Below are positions 30,885 to 41,600 of a stretch of 64,000 bases of DNA, piece after piece (positions within the stretch are counted from its first letter, which is position 1; the number at the start of each line of letters is the position of its first letter). The DNA comes from an uncultured virus (IMG/VR IMGVR_UViG_3300027973_000051) (lineage: Duplodnaviria; Heunggongvirae; Uroviricota; Caudoviricetes), in the IMG/VR virus record IMGVR_UViG_3300027973_000051. One strand, written 5' to 3'. The position numbers and the translations under genes were made by a program. A model generated the notes under the pieces. The model made no database searches, was not told the DNA's origin, and was given only the letters and a program-made list of their open reading frames with translations.

Positions 30885-30893
30885 ATTATAACA
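30885..30893 (-). promoter_or_regulatory. Extended -10 TGTTATAAT
   Basis: Upstream of major tail gene. Confidence 0.6.
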
Positions 30894-30898
30894 TGCCT

Positions 30899-31444
30899 TT
30901 ATTGGGATGAAATTGAGGTATCTTGATGATACTCAAAGTCTATGATTATCTTATTGCCACCATAGGTGCGGGCGGTGCCAAAGTCAATGATATCTCGTAC
31001 CTCTTCTAATTGGTAAATCTTGAATCTATGAAAGTAGAAGTTGCAATCCATGCCATCGATTGGTCCATTGGCTTTTGCCCAGTCGTTAATCTCTTGTGCA
31101 GTTTCATCTTCACGATCCATGAGTCTTAAAACAGATTCTTGGATCTGAACCATTATGTCAGTTGGATTAGTTCCTTGTGCATAAAAATAATACAATGCTT
31201 GCTCTTGTTTAATATGAGGAAAAGGGCTTCTTCTCATGCGAATAAGTCTATCCCATGTGGCTGCAACACCTTGAGTACTTTGACTAAAATATTCTGTTAA
31301 GTCGTTAACTGTTGATGGCGTACTAGGGAAAAATGGAAACTTGTCAATGTTTGATAGTGCTGGAATTTTTTCAGATAGATAGTTATTGATCCATAACATT
31401 GGTGTATTCATTGGAGATGTTGGTTCCCAAATTTGATTTGCCAT
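30899..31444 (-). CDS. Tail terminator-like protein
   Basis: Position between neck genes and major tail protein. Confidence 0.45.
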   Translation of the reverse strand: MANQIWEPTSPMNTPMLWINNYLSEKIPALSNIDKFPFFPSTPSTVNDLTEYFSQSTQGVAATWDRLIRMRRSPFPHIKQEQALYYFYAQGTNPTDIMVQIQESVLRLMDREDETAQEINDWAKANGPIDGMDCNFYFHRFKIYQLEEVRDIIDFGTARTYGGNKIIIDFEYHQDTSISSQ

Positions 31445-32115
31445 TATGATGCCACCCCTACATTAGCAACCCATCGATATCCAGTCTGAATTCCAGTGGC
31501 ACGACCACCTCTAGACCCTGCTTGAAGATTCTTTTTATATGCAACAGGATTTTCAAATGACTGCAATATTCCGCTATTTTTTAAAAATGCTTGTGTAAAG
31601 TACTTATTGAAAAATGTGTCAAACACTCTTTCAAAACCACCTTCTGATTTTCCTCCAGGATTATTTACAACAACTTCATTTTTTGTATAAACAATCTCTC
31701 CGTTTATTTCAAATCTTAATGCATCTGCTTTCTTTGGTCTAATAGTTATTGGTGCACCCAATTCCATTATCTTTGCTTTATTATAAAATGGCTCTGATGA
31801 TCCTGCTTGAACTGATTTTGATTGTGAAAAGTTTGCCTTAAAAGAAAGACCTATATTGCTTACAGTATAATCAAAATCAAATAATCTTGCTTCTGGGCTT
31901 CCAACTCTATACCACTCATAAACATGATGAAGTGTTGTTGGATCAACCCTTGCATTGCTATCAACATACTGCTTTAATGCCTCTATTGTGTCAACACCTA
32001 GTGATTGTAAAAATTTTGTCTTTCCACGCTGTGCGCCTTCAATAAATCCAAGAGAATAGTCTACTATATTCTTCATTAGTCTATTAAACTCTCTATCATC
32101 AAGTTTTACTATCAT
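31444..32115 (-). CDS. Neck/tail completion protein
   Basis: Position; TIRPKKADALRFEING motif typical of HK97 gp10-like phage proteins. Confidence 0.5.
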   Translation of the reverse strand: MIVKLDDREFNRLMKNIVDYSLGFIEGAQRGKTKFLQSLGVDTIEALKQYVDSNARVDPTTLHHVYEWYRVGSPEARLFDFDYTVSNIGLSFKANFSQSKSVQAGSSEPFYNKAKIMELGAPITIRPKKADALRFEINGEIVYTKNEVVVNNPGGKSEGGFERVFDTFFNKYFTQAFLKNSGILQSFENPVAYKKNLQAGSRGGRATGIQTGYRWVANVGVAS

Positions 32116-32558
32116 ACATCTACCGCCTGATTTTCTGATCTACGAATAACTAAATTATAATACTCAACATTACCAAATGGGCCCATAAAGGGTTCTTGTG
32201 TTGCAACTTCAAAAATTGTAGACTTTCCTGCACGTGGACCAGATGTCTCAATATATACCTCATTGCAGTTTCTATCTTTAACATTTGTAAGAAGCACATT
32301 TGTTATTGAGTTACGCCCATCTAAACTAGATAGTCTAATATCTGTTTTTACTCGACCAATCAAAATTGTTTGCTGTGTAATGTTTACATTGGGAGTAATT
32401 TCTTCTTTACCAGCACGGCCAACTGCATTAAATGAAGCAGCAATTGTTCTATCTTGTATCCATGTCTTTTTAACATTTCCATAAGTACCCTGTTCAACCA
32501 CTGGATGGAATATATCTGCTGACATTGGAAACATATAATCTGTTGCCTCGCAAATCAT
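32112..32558 (-). CDS. Head-tail stopper-like protein
   Basis: Position and size after adaptor gene. Confidence 0.45.
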   Translation of the reverse strand: MICEATDYMFPMSADIFHPVVEQGTYGNVKKTWIQDRTIAASFNAVGRAGKEEITPNVNITQQTILIGRVKTDIRLSSLDGRNSITNVLLTNVKDRNCNEVYIETSGPRAGKSTIFEVATQEPFMGPFGNVEYYNLVIRRSENQAVDV

Positions 32559-33466
32559 TAAATTATCCCTGGTTTAAGAATAGTATTTGCGTACTTATCT
32601 AATATCTTATCTACTAGCATGTTACCAGTTCCATTAAGAATAGACTTGTCAAACTGGATTCTAAACTGATCTGTATTATAAGCAGTAACATATCTCTTAT
32701 AATAATCTAACTTGCCACAACTTAAATCTTCAATTAATGTTTTTGTTGCTGCCTCAACATCTGAGGGAATTGTTTTGTATCCGCTGTCTACAATAAATGT
32801 ATAGTCACATCCCGCTGGGAATCCAATTGATTGATATCCGTAATACCCTAAGTCTCCCCTGGCGACTGGCATGTTTGGTGGAGTTTGCTCTGCTCTGTTA
32901 TATGGGTCAGTAATTACTCTTTGGACTGCTGAATTATCTAATGTAATTATATAGTCATAAACATTTCCTTCTGGTGTTTCAACATCATAAACTAAAACAT
33001 TGTTTTCATAAACCTTTAAAACTTTATTTGTATCGTACCATAATGGGAAGTAGTCTGTACCTTGACCAACTGTTTGAATAACCTTTTTAAAATTATAAAA
33101 TCCATTTGGAATAATCGTATCAATAATTGATCTTGCTACAAGTTCTAGCATTCTGTAATCTGCTATTTCTGATGCAGTTGTTCCAACCTTTTTAGCATTT
33201 ACATAGGGTCTAATAATATCTAAGTTTTCTTCATATAGAGTATGCTCATGCTCTGTGTCATAAAATTTAATATAAAACTTTCTATCGAATTGAACTTTAT
33301 CAAGCGGTAGAATATACTCTACGACTCCATCGGCATCTGATGTGACTTCTGTTTCTATGAATGAGTGGTCCACCAAATCCTCAACATACTGAATATACGT
33401 ATAGTTTGGTATAGGTAAATTCCAAGTAGTTGTAATAGGATAAGGTGGAACTCTCATAACCTCCAT
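32558..33466 (-). CDS. Head-tail adaptor-like protein
   Basis: ARSIID...GYKTIPSDVEAAT...VDKILDKY adaptor-like motifs. Confidence 0.55.
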   Translation of the reverse strand: MEVMRVPPYPITTTWNLPIPNYTYIQYVEDLVDHSFIETEVTSDADGVVEYILPLDKVQFDRKFYIKFYDTEHEHTLYEENLDIIRPYVNAKKVGTTASEIADYRMLELVARSIIDTIIPNGFYNFKKVIQTVGQGTDYFPLWYDTNKVLKVYENNVLVYDVETPEGNVYDYIITLDNSAVQRVITDPYNRAEQTPPNMPVARGDLGYYGYQSIGFPAGCDYTFIVDSGYKTIPSDVEAATKTLIEDLSCGKLDYYKRYVTAYNTDQFRIQFDKSILNGTGNMLVDKILDKYANTILKPGII

Positions 33467-33469
33467 GTG

Positions 33470-33937
33470 TTACTTACCAAATTCCTTAGCAACATCTTCT
33501 GGTGAAACCAATGAGATGTGATCACGTGTAAGCCACTGCTTTGCATCTTTTTCAGAAACAATATTGATTCCTCTAGAAACCTTGCCAACTTCAGACCAAG
33601 AAACATTTTTTGTTGACTTAATTGCAACAGTCTTATCTTCCTTTGTAGGCTTTTCTATTTTCTTATTTGGTGTGCGTGGTGCAGTTGTTGCACCAATTGC
33701 ACCATTTTCTACTGAACCAAGTGCTGGGACTTCATCTTGTCCAGCATATGATGGTGCAGCAATAACATCTGCAGGCTTTGGCTCTTCAACCTTTGCTTCT
33801 TCTACAGGCGCTTCTTCTTTTACAGATTCTACTGGTGTGTCTACCACTGATGGTGCTTCAACAACTGGTGCCTCTACAACAACGGGAGTCTCAACAATTA
33901 CCTCTTCTGTAATTGGATTTTCATTAAAATTTTCCAT
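33470..33937 (-). CDS. Acidic Pro/Glu/Val-rich protein after capsid gene
   Basis: Low-complexity N-terminus, own promoter and AGGAGG RBS. Confidence 0.6.
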   Translation of the reverse strand: MENFNENPITEEVIVETPVVVEAPVVEAPSVVDTPVESVKEEAPVEEAKVEEPKPADVIAAPSYAGQDEVPALGSVENGAIGATTAPRTPNKKIEKPTKEDKTVAIKSTKNVSWSEVGKVSRGINIVSEKDAKQWLTRDHISLVSPEDVAKEFGK

Positions 33938-33975
33938 TATTTCCTCCTAAATAGTATTATATCATTATAAGTTAT

Positions 33976-34010
33976 AAGGGGAGCAGGAGAATTAACTCCT
34001 ACTCCCCCTA
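33976..34010 (-). terminator. Hairpin/terminator after major capsid gene
   Basis: AGGGGAGCAGGAG...CTCCTACTCCCCCT inverted repeat; weak U tract. Confidence 0.6.
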
Positions 34011-34029
34011 AATTTTTACTGTTTACAGA

Positions 34030-35187
34030 TTATGCATCTGATGCAGCGTCAGCGAATGCGATAGCATCCTGTTCTTCCCACTGAATACCAAAGCGAACGA
34101 ATACTGTGTATTCTACAGTGTCCTTCTTTGGCTTGTATTCACGGTTAACAGTGATATCACGCTGGAAGCCCCATACACGGTTCTGTGGGAATGTCAAATC
34201 GACATATCCTGCAGGGTAGTAAGGAACTTCTTGTACGTCCACTCCGAGAACACGTGTTGTACGTGCTCCACCGAATGTCTGTGCTCCACCGTCAAGGTAT
34301 GCCTGACGATTCATTGGAGTTCCGCCAGCCTGTGAAGCAAATGCTTCAGCAACTGCGTCTGCTAGAGTACCGTTATTCTTAACGATTCCCTGGAATGCAT
34401 CTGTACCAGCATAGAACTTCAAGTTAGACTTGATAGCACGATACTTACGTGGCATTGCTGTGATGATGTTCTGCATTACATCTGTTGTCCATGCGTTATT
34501 AGCAACTGTGACTACAGACTCATGAGCGTCTCCATCTTCCTTAACACGATTTACGAAACCGTTCATGATACCAAGGAATGCTCCGTCTCCAGAGTCTCCT
34601 GTACCATTGATTGCAAGGTCTTCGATATCATTACCGAAAGCATTGGTCATCAAACGAACGATGTGATCTTCGAGTTGTGCACCTTCGATATTATCTTCTA
34701 GTGCTTCTGATGCTACTTCCCAGTCAAGACGAATCTTCTTTGTAGTCAATTCAACCTTTGAGAATGTTGCACCTGCGTTTGTGTAGTCGCCAACTGCTTG
34801 CGCTGCTGCACGGATTACACGCTCTCCGACGTTTACCTTTTCGAGTTCCATTGTATTGGCTCTCATAGTAACACGACGGCCATCTTGGGCGAGAGTGGTA
34901 GCATCCCACACGTAGTCAATAAAACGACGTGCTTGCTCTGGGCGGAGAATTCCGCTTCCAGCCTCACCTGAAGGATTTACTGCGTTTGGGCCATCTGTTA
35001 GACCCAAGTTTGCTGCAGGGATATTACCTAGTACTCCACCATCGGTGTAGTTACCTGGTACGTTAACGCCTGCTTCTGAACCTGATGCGAATGCTCCTTG
35101 ACCCTGATAGAGTCCTGGTGCTGTTCCGCCAACATGCCCTGTACCTGTGGTACCTGGCTGGTTCTTTTCTATATTCTGTTCCGACAT
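34030..35187 (-). CDS. Major capsid protein (HK97 fold)
   Basis: GILRPEQARRFID, EALEDNIEG, AFGNDIEDLAINGTG; follows the protease/scaffold gene; strong RBS. Confidence 0.9.
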   Translation of the reverse strand: MSEQNIEKNQPGTTGTGHVGGTAPGLYQGQGAFASGSEAGVNVPGNYTDGGVLGNIPAANLGLTDGPNAVNPSGEAGSGILRPEQARRFIDYVWDATTLAQDGRRVTMRANTMELEKVNVGERVIRAAAQAVGDYTNAGATFSKVELTTKKIRLDWEVASEALEDNIEGAQLEDHIVRLMTNAFGNDIEDLAINGTGDSGDGAFLGIMNGFVNRVKEDGDAHESVVTVANNAWTTDVMQNIITAMPRKYRAIKSNLKFYAGTDAFQGIVKNNGTLADAVAEAFASQAGGTPMNRQAYLDGGAQTFGGARTTRVLGVDVQEVPYYPAGYVDLTFPQNRVWGFQRDITVNREYKPKKDTVEYTVFVRFGIQWEEQDAIAFADAASDA

Positions 35188-35210
35188 ATTGTCACCTCCT
35201 GTGATTTTTT

Positions 35211-36608
35211 CTAAATGAATAGATCGGCTGTTTTGAGGAAACTACCGCCCCATAGGGATTTTTCAACCATTTCAGGTTGATTCTGTACTATCTCGCCGAG
35301 ATCGCCAGACTTTCGGAAAGCAGTGTCTTGCTCTACAAGTTCCACACGCTTACCAAATTCATTAAATGTATTTGTTGCTGCTGCAATATCTTTTGCAACT
35401 GCTTCAAATGATTGTTTTGCTGTTTCAACGTCTACCTTTGAAGACTTAAGCATTTCTACTTCTGCCTGTAAAGACTTGACTGTTTCTACTAGATCGCTAA
35501 AGGCTTTTTCAAGACCGTCATTAGTTTCGGCAACTGCTTCTGCAATTACTTCATCTGACTTAGGAGCCATTGGCTTCTTCTTGTCTTCTTCTGATTCAAC
35601 TGATGTTGATTCAGTTCCTTCATGAGCAGCAGACTCTTCAGCATCAGTTGGCTTTGCAGCCTTTTCTGTTGAATTATCTTCAGTTGCATCCGACTTTGAA
35701 CCGCATTCACATGCGCCCATAGCCTTTCCGCAATTTGGACATGTTGAAGCCTTTGTAACTTCATCTTCTGCTACTGGAGCGACCTTCTCTATTTCAACTG
35801 CAATATCAGATTTCTCTACGATCTCTTCAACTGTGTTTTTTGTTGATTTTGCCATAAGGTTTTCCTCCTTGTTAATCTTAGAAGTATTAATGCCTTTAGC
35901 ACTATCGACTAAGAATTTTATCATATTTAGTTTTTCGTTATCCGTTTTTTCAACGAAACCTATGTTTGCCATTTCTTCACCTGTATTTGGACTAATCTCT
36001 GATTCATTTGCTGATAACATTACAAGGCCTGACTCTTTATCATAAAATACGTTTTCTAAAACTGTTTCATCACCCTTAACAACATCTACACCATCAACTT
36101 TTTCAACAGATACGATGTTTGCAAATTGATTAGCAGGGGAATCAACAAGACTCAACTCTACTAAATCATATTCTTTAATAACACGGATTGACTTATCTGA
36201 TTTTTCATCATAGGCATCATCCCATTTATTCATTCTTCCGCCAATTGAAAAACCAGTATAGGTTCCATCAAGAACCTTTTCCCATGCATCGTTTGCTCCC
36301 TTTGAAATATATGCAGAAACGAATACTCCTTTATAAAACTTCTTTGACTCTGGATCAAAATATTTATCTTCTTTAAATGAAACCATTTTGCCAACTGCTG
36401 AAGGCTGATGCATTTCTCTAATGTTTCCACGGAATCTTGCAAATGCATCCATTGATGCTTCTGATGTAACAATATCATCTTGCTTATCAAGATTGTCTAA
36501 AGATGCAAAGCCAGAAACTATACGTCTTTCTTTGTCGACTTTTGTAAGTGGCATGGATAGGCGGACATTATCGCCATCTGTATTCCAATGTGCTTTAGAG
36601 ATAGTCAT
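35211..36608 (-). CDS. Prohead protease fused to scaffold
   Basis: REMH, GFSIGG, ELSLVDSPAN HK97-type protease motifs; acidic coiled-coil C-terminus. Confidence 0.88.
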   Translation of the reverse strand: MTISKAHWNTDGDNVRLSMPLTKVDKERRIVSGFASLDNLDKQDDIVTSEASMDAFARFRGNIREMHQPSAVGKMVSFKEDKYFDPESKKFYKGVFVSAYISKGANDAWEKVLDGTYTGFSIGGRMNKWDDAYDEKSDKSIRVIKEYDLVELSLVDSPANQFANIVSVEKVDGVDVVKGDETVLENVFYDKESGLVMLSANESEISPNTGEEMANIGFVEKTDNEKLNMIKFLVDSAKGINTSKINKEENLMAKSTKNTVEEIVEKSDIAVEIEKVAPVAEDEVTKASTCPNCGKAMGACECGSKSDATEDNSTEKAAKPTDAEESAAHEGTESTSVESEEDKKKPMAPKSDEVIAEAVAETNDGLEKAFSDLVETVKSLQAEVEMLKSSKVDVETAKQSFEAVAKDIAAATNTFNEFGKRVELVEQDTAFRKSGDLGEIVQNQPEMVEKSLWGGSFLKTADLFI

Positions 36609-36648
36609 GGTAGTATATATTATAAAGCCTTTTTTTACGATATCTCAA

Positions 36649-38262
36649 TTATTGAGATGCTCGTCCTTCGCCCTTTGGATTACGACCACTTACGGTTGCA
36701 GTGCCATCAGACTGGTTATTAGTTCTTTCTGTATCCCTTGCACGATTAGCATTATCATTTGCTGCCTGCTCTGGTTTTGGATCGAACGGCTCATCTCCCC
36801 CATCTCTCTGTGGTAAATTAAGAAGTTCTCTTGCCTCATTTGGCACCATGATCTGTGTCTTTACATAGCGTTCCAAAATTTGAGACTGAGCAATTTCATC
36901 TGTAAGAGTTAACTCATTAAACTTAAAATCAACAATATCTGTTTTTTCACGAACAACCTTGGTAATCATTTTTTCTAGATTTCTTTGTGCTGGTCTTGCA
37001 ACTTGTTCTTTAAATGTTCTGTCTTGTGCTAATGCTGCAGCGATGGATGCTGAGTCCGATCCTCCAAGTTTTGATAAGGGAACCTGGTGGGCTACAAGAA
37101 TGTCGTCACGATTTTGTTTGCGATACTTTTCAAAAGACCCCTCTTGAACACCATTTTCAATTGGTTCCATTTTAAATTCAACTTTATTTGTGTCAGAATC
37201 TCCAGGCAAAGGTATGTAAAGTGTTCGATGGTTTTGCCCCTTTAGTCCTGTTTGTAAAAAGCGGAACATCTTATCTTCTGCTTCTGAAGAAAGTTTTGCA
37301 CCCTTCAGTGTAACAACATATCTTGGTACTGCTTTGTTACTAAAGAAATCAATATTATATTGTGACGCAAGAGCATCTCCAGATAAAGCAGTTACTGCAG
37401 AGATAATATCTGGAACACCATAAAATGTATTTAAAGGTGAATACTCTTTAAAGTGAATAATTTCATTTGGTCTTGGATCTGTACCAAGTGGGTTTGGATT
37501 TGTTGCTCCAAAGTTACGGAAATAAACAACCTTATTTGCAATTACCTGAACAAAGCCATCTCGTAAACGACGAACTCTCATGGTAGTCGCTGGAATATGC
37601 CCAATATATCCAATGTCTCCCTTAACTGTTCTACTTACCTCAAGGTAACCATTGCCAGTTGCCTGCAAATCTGTATAAACTTTTTCCATTGTTGATGTAA
37701 ACGAATCATCACTGTTTAATGACTCAAGCCAATCTCGCAGTTCAATCTTTGCTCTTTCAATTCTTTTACGTGCTCTATCTGTAGCGCCTTTATCACTAGA
37801 AGACTCTAACTTCAACATTGTTCTTGGTGTAATTTTAAAGTCATAGCCAAGGCCAACAATATTTTCTACCTTCGCATCGATGGCAGCATGATTGGCAAAA
37901 GATGTATCGTAAAAGTTTGCAAGTTCATACAGGTTCCATGGTGGAGTAATAACATCAAACAAACCATAACCATTTCTATATATTAATCCTGGATTAATCT
38001 CTTTTGATGCTGCGCCATTAATACCAGTGCTTACTGCACGTGCTGAATCAATGTATCCTTTAGATGCATCTACTTTATTCATCTCAGCAGACTCTGATTT
38101 TATTACACGAGAAGTACGACGCCTAAAGTTATTATCTAGTCCATTAAGATTTTTTAATTCATCCCATGTTTTATTAAAGGGGTCTTGCTCAGCAAAGATA
38201 TCTTTTTCTTCTTCAAAAGTATCTGTCTTTGCACGAATAATGTACTGGTTATCTTCACTCAT
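36649..38262 (-). CDS. Portal protein
   Basis: TGNGYLEV, EIIHFK, YGVP, PNEAR motifs. Confidence 0.9.
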   Translation of the reverse strand: MSEDNQYIIRAKTDTFEEEKDIFAEQDPFNKTWDELKNLNGLDNNFRRRTSRVIKSESAEMNKVDASKGYIDSARAVSTGINGAASKEINPGLIYRNGYGLFDVITPPWNLYELANFYDTSFANHAAIDAKVENIVGLGYDFKITPRTMLKLESSSDKGATDRARKRIERAKIELRDWLESLNSDDSFTSTMEKVYTDLQATGNGYLEVSRTVKGDIGYIGHIPATTMRVRRLRDGFVQVIANKVVYFRNFGATNPNPLGTDPRPNEIIHFKEYSPLNTFYGVPDIISAVTALSGDALASQYNIDFFSNKAVPRYVVTLKGAKLSSEAEDKMFRFLQTGLKGQNHRTLYIPLPGDSDTNKVEFKMEPIENGVQEGSFEKYRKQNRDDILVAHQVPLSKLGGSDSASIAAALAQDRTFKEQVARPAQRNLEKMITKVVREKTDIVDFKFNELTLTDEIAQSQILERYVKTQIMVPNEARELLNLPQRDGGDEPFDPKPEQAANDNANRARDTERTNNQSDGTATVSGRNPKGEGRASQ

Positions 38263-38666
38263 TAGTCATCACTTCCATACTTTGCAATAGTATCCTTTGC
38301 TGCTTGGACTGCTCCAAGATCATTAAGAGAAGGAATTAGCCCTTCTGCCATTCTTTGTTTTTGCTCAGAGTATTCTTCTTCAGAAATTCTAGTAAGGCCT
38401 GGAACAAATACACATTCTCCATCCCCCTCGTCACCGTAATATCTAGCAGCATCTTTTAACTTTGATATCTGAAGAATATCACCCTTCATTGACTCAATGT
38501 TAAGAACAGATCCATTTCCATCCGTAAACCACTTTCCACTAGCCTTTTTGTATACATACAGGCCCCAGTCATAGTGTTTTTCAATAATTTTTGCACGTGA
38601 TTCACCAACCTGGCCCTTCATCTTTGGCAGTTGCTTACGCTTTTTCTTTGGATTTTCAATATTCAT
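38262..38666 (-). CDS. Hypothetical protein
   Basis: Coupled to portal; start re-called to MNIENPK, 7 nt after TGGTATACT. Confidence 0.6.
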   Translation of the reverse strand: MNIENPKKKRKQLPKMKGQVGESRAKIIEKHYDWGLYVYKKASGKWFTDGNGSVLNIESMKGDILQISKLKDAARYYGDEGDGECVFVPGLTRISEEEYSEQKQRMAEGLIPSLNDLGAVQAAKDTIAKYGSDD

Positions 38667-38684
38667 ATACACAAGTATACCATA

Positions 38685-41600
38685 TTAAACGGCATTTAGG
38701 CTGTTTTGCTGCCAAGCAATATCTTGATATACGTTATAGCGATAATTATCAAACATAAAAATACTAGAATCATCAACAATTATCTTATTTGTTCCCACAA
38801 AACTCTTATAAATATCAGAAGGCTTGACACCATAATAACTTGTAGAAGATAAGACTAAAATATTTTTCCAAATATATGGTGGGTGTGGCCAATATGTCCA
38901 GTCTAAAGGAATTTGACCATCATATTTTACTTTAAACCATGGTCTTATTGCTACCTTTTGAACCTCTTGAAGGTTGGTAGACTGATAATGAGAAATGTTA
39001 TTTATTAATATAGGTCCGTTAACTCTTATTGCCCCAACATTTTTTCTGAAATCAAGTAGTGTTGAGAATGAGATACCAAGGAATCCCCATTCCTTAATTG
39101 TAATTGCTGGCTCTTTAACAATATTTCCATTCCAATAAAAAGCAATTCCATCTTCTAGTTTTCCTGTATTACCATTAATTGCATAAATCTTTGCTCTTTT
39201 GCCATTTTTATCTGTTGCAACCATAAAAAATTTAATGAAAGAGTCATTGCTTTCTATTTCAAAGATCTGTGTGGGTGCTGCTGGGAAAAAATCTTTATCA
39301 TACCTAATTGCAGCCTGAAGAGCCATGACCTTATAGTTCTCTGCTTTTGTACTATTAATTGGAATAGATAAACCACGATTAATTTCTGGATCATATTGCC
39401 CCCTTAACTCAATACCGCTTGTTCTTGTTAGGTATAAATATGGCGTACTATTTTTATATATTGAGTATGGATTTTTTTCTTTATAGTCAAAATAAATTCC
39501 AGACTTTACATATGGATATATTGGTGTTCCAAACCTAGTTCCAATTGCATTGGGTGCCTCATTAAAGGCTTGTGATGCAAACTGCAAATTACGCAACCCA
39601 ACCTTATAATTTAAGATTCCGTCAATATTAAAATTAATATGTGTCACTATTGCAAGGTCGCTAAAGTCTATTCCTGTTGGCGGATAAATTAACATATTAT
39701 CAACAACCTCGTACTTTGTTCCAAGCCAATTTTGTCCTGGTGTAACGATTCCATCTTTTGATGCTGGAATAGTATTATTAAAATAAGAGAATGAAGAGTT
39801 TGCTCCTTCTGAAATATATTGAAAGGTTACATAAGAGTTTATGAGAGATTTTGACGTATCATAGTTATATGTTTTTGTTGATCTATACCTTAAGTCATCA
39901 TAGTTATCATAATTAGTAAATAGGTGGTTATCAAGGGAGGTATACTTTCTTTGTATTGGGTTTCTGTACTCTTCAAGCAATGAAGTTAGCACTTTGCTTT
40001 GTCCATTAACTTGTACCGTTTTTGATTCTCCATAGTTCCACTCACTGAGCGTCTCTGTCTCTGAATAAATAGAGGGTGCTGGATAATTGATATTAAACTG
40101 AATAAAATCTAAATTATAATAACTATCTTGTCTATCATTTGTTACATACTGAGCAAAATAACTTAAAGGAACATAGTCTTCCCAGTATCCATTTACGGCA
40201 ATATCAAGTGCAAATACACCAAAATATTCTTTTCCAACTAGAGTATAACTTGCAGTATGGTCAAATAAGGATGATGTAGACTCAGATACTGGTTGAACAA
40301 TATCCTGCCCAAGTGAATTTGTAACAGATGGATTATACGTTGTTGTCCAAGAGTTAGTGCTATATTCAGATCCACCAACAACAGGCAAAGCCTGAATATA
40401 AGATTCATCAATAGGCAGTCCATTATTGATATCGCTATAGTTTGGACCAATCAAATAAGAAAGAATTTCGCTATCTGACATAATTCCACGAGAGTCAAAT
40501 TTGTCTTTTATTTGTGATAGATTTCTTTCTGTACAAAATCCAACCTTATATACATTACCAGTAAAGGTTTTATTGAGATCTGGGTTTCCTGCAATGTAAA
40601 CACTCAGAAAAGACCTTCTTCCAAAGAAAGATGCAACATTGCTTCCAAAAAAATCAGATAGGTCTTGAATATTAATTCCAACAGTAAAATGCTCGCCAGC
40701 ATAGTATCTTTGTGTTCTATAAACAGTTGTTTGTGTATCCCCATAATTTAAAACATAATCTATTGAAGAGTTTCCAAGTTTAATCTGAAACGAATCTGAA
40801 GATGATTTATCTTTAATTTCAATTAAGATTTGATCTTGATCCATAACTGATTTTTCTTTAAATACTCCATAGAGAGCGCTTGTACTTTCTGTTAAAAAAT
40901 CTAAACTATCAAAGTATAAATAGCCACTTGTATCTGACCAGGAAGAGTTTGGTCTTAGGCTAAAAAATAAGTCTGACTCTAGTTGTATTGGGTCAACATC
41001 AGAATAGAATTGCTGCTCTGTTTTATTATCAAAAAATATAGTTGGCAAAGTGTATGCTGGTGTAGATAAAACATTATCCTGTATTGAAAGATTATCAATA
41101 CTTCCTTGACTCCACCTTCCTATTTCTGGATAAGAGTAGTTGTTTGTATAGTCTGCAAAGGGATAATCTACAAAAACTGATGTTCCGCTATAAGCATTAT
41201 TAATGTTTTCTGGAAACTCTACACCTTGTCCGTAAACCCATCTTTTCTTTGCAACAATTAATGGCACCTGGTAAGGATAGATAGCAACACAATCAACCTC
41301 TATTGGAGATACGTCAGTATGGGCATAAAAACCAATCCAGTCCTGGCTCTTTCCATTTTCAGCAAACTCATTTGGCAGATTGAGGCTTGATGTTATCATG
41401 TTAATTGATATAACTTGCTCACCATTAATAATTAAACTTGCTGTATCTTTAACAACTTTTATTTGAATAAGCATAGGCCTATACCATTCACCTACAAAAT
41501 GAGAACCATAATGCTTGTCAATTTTTAATGATATAAAAGGTCCATTAACGTAAATACCATCCTCTGATCCAATTGGACCTATTATCCTTTTTGGGGTAGT

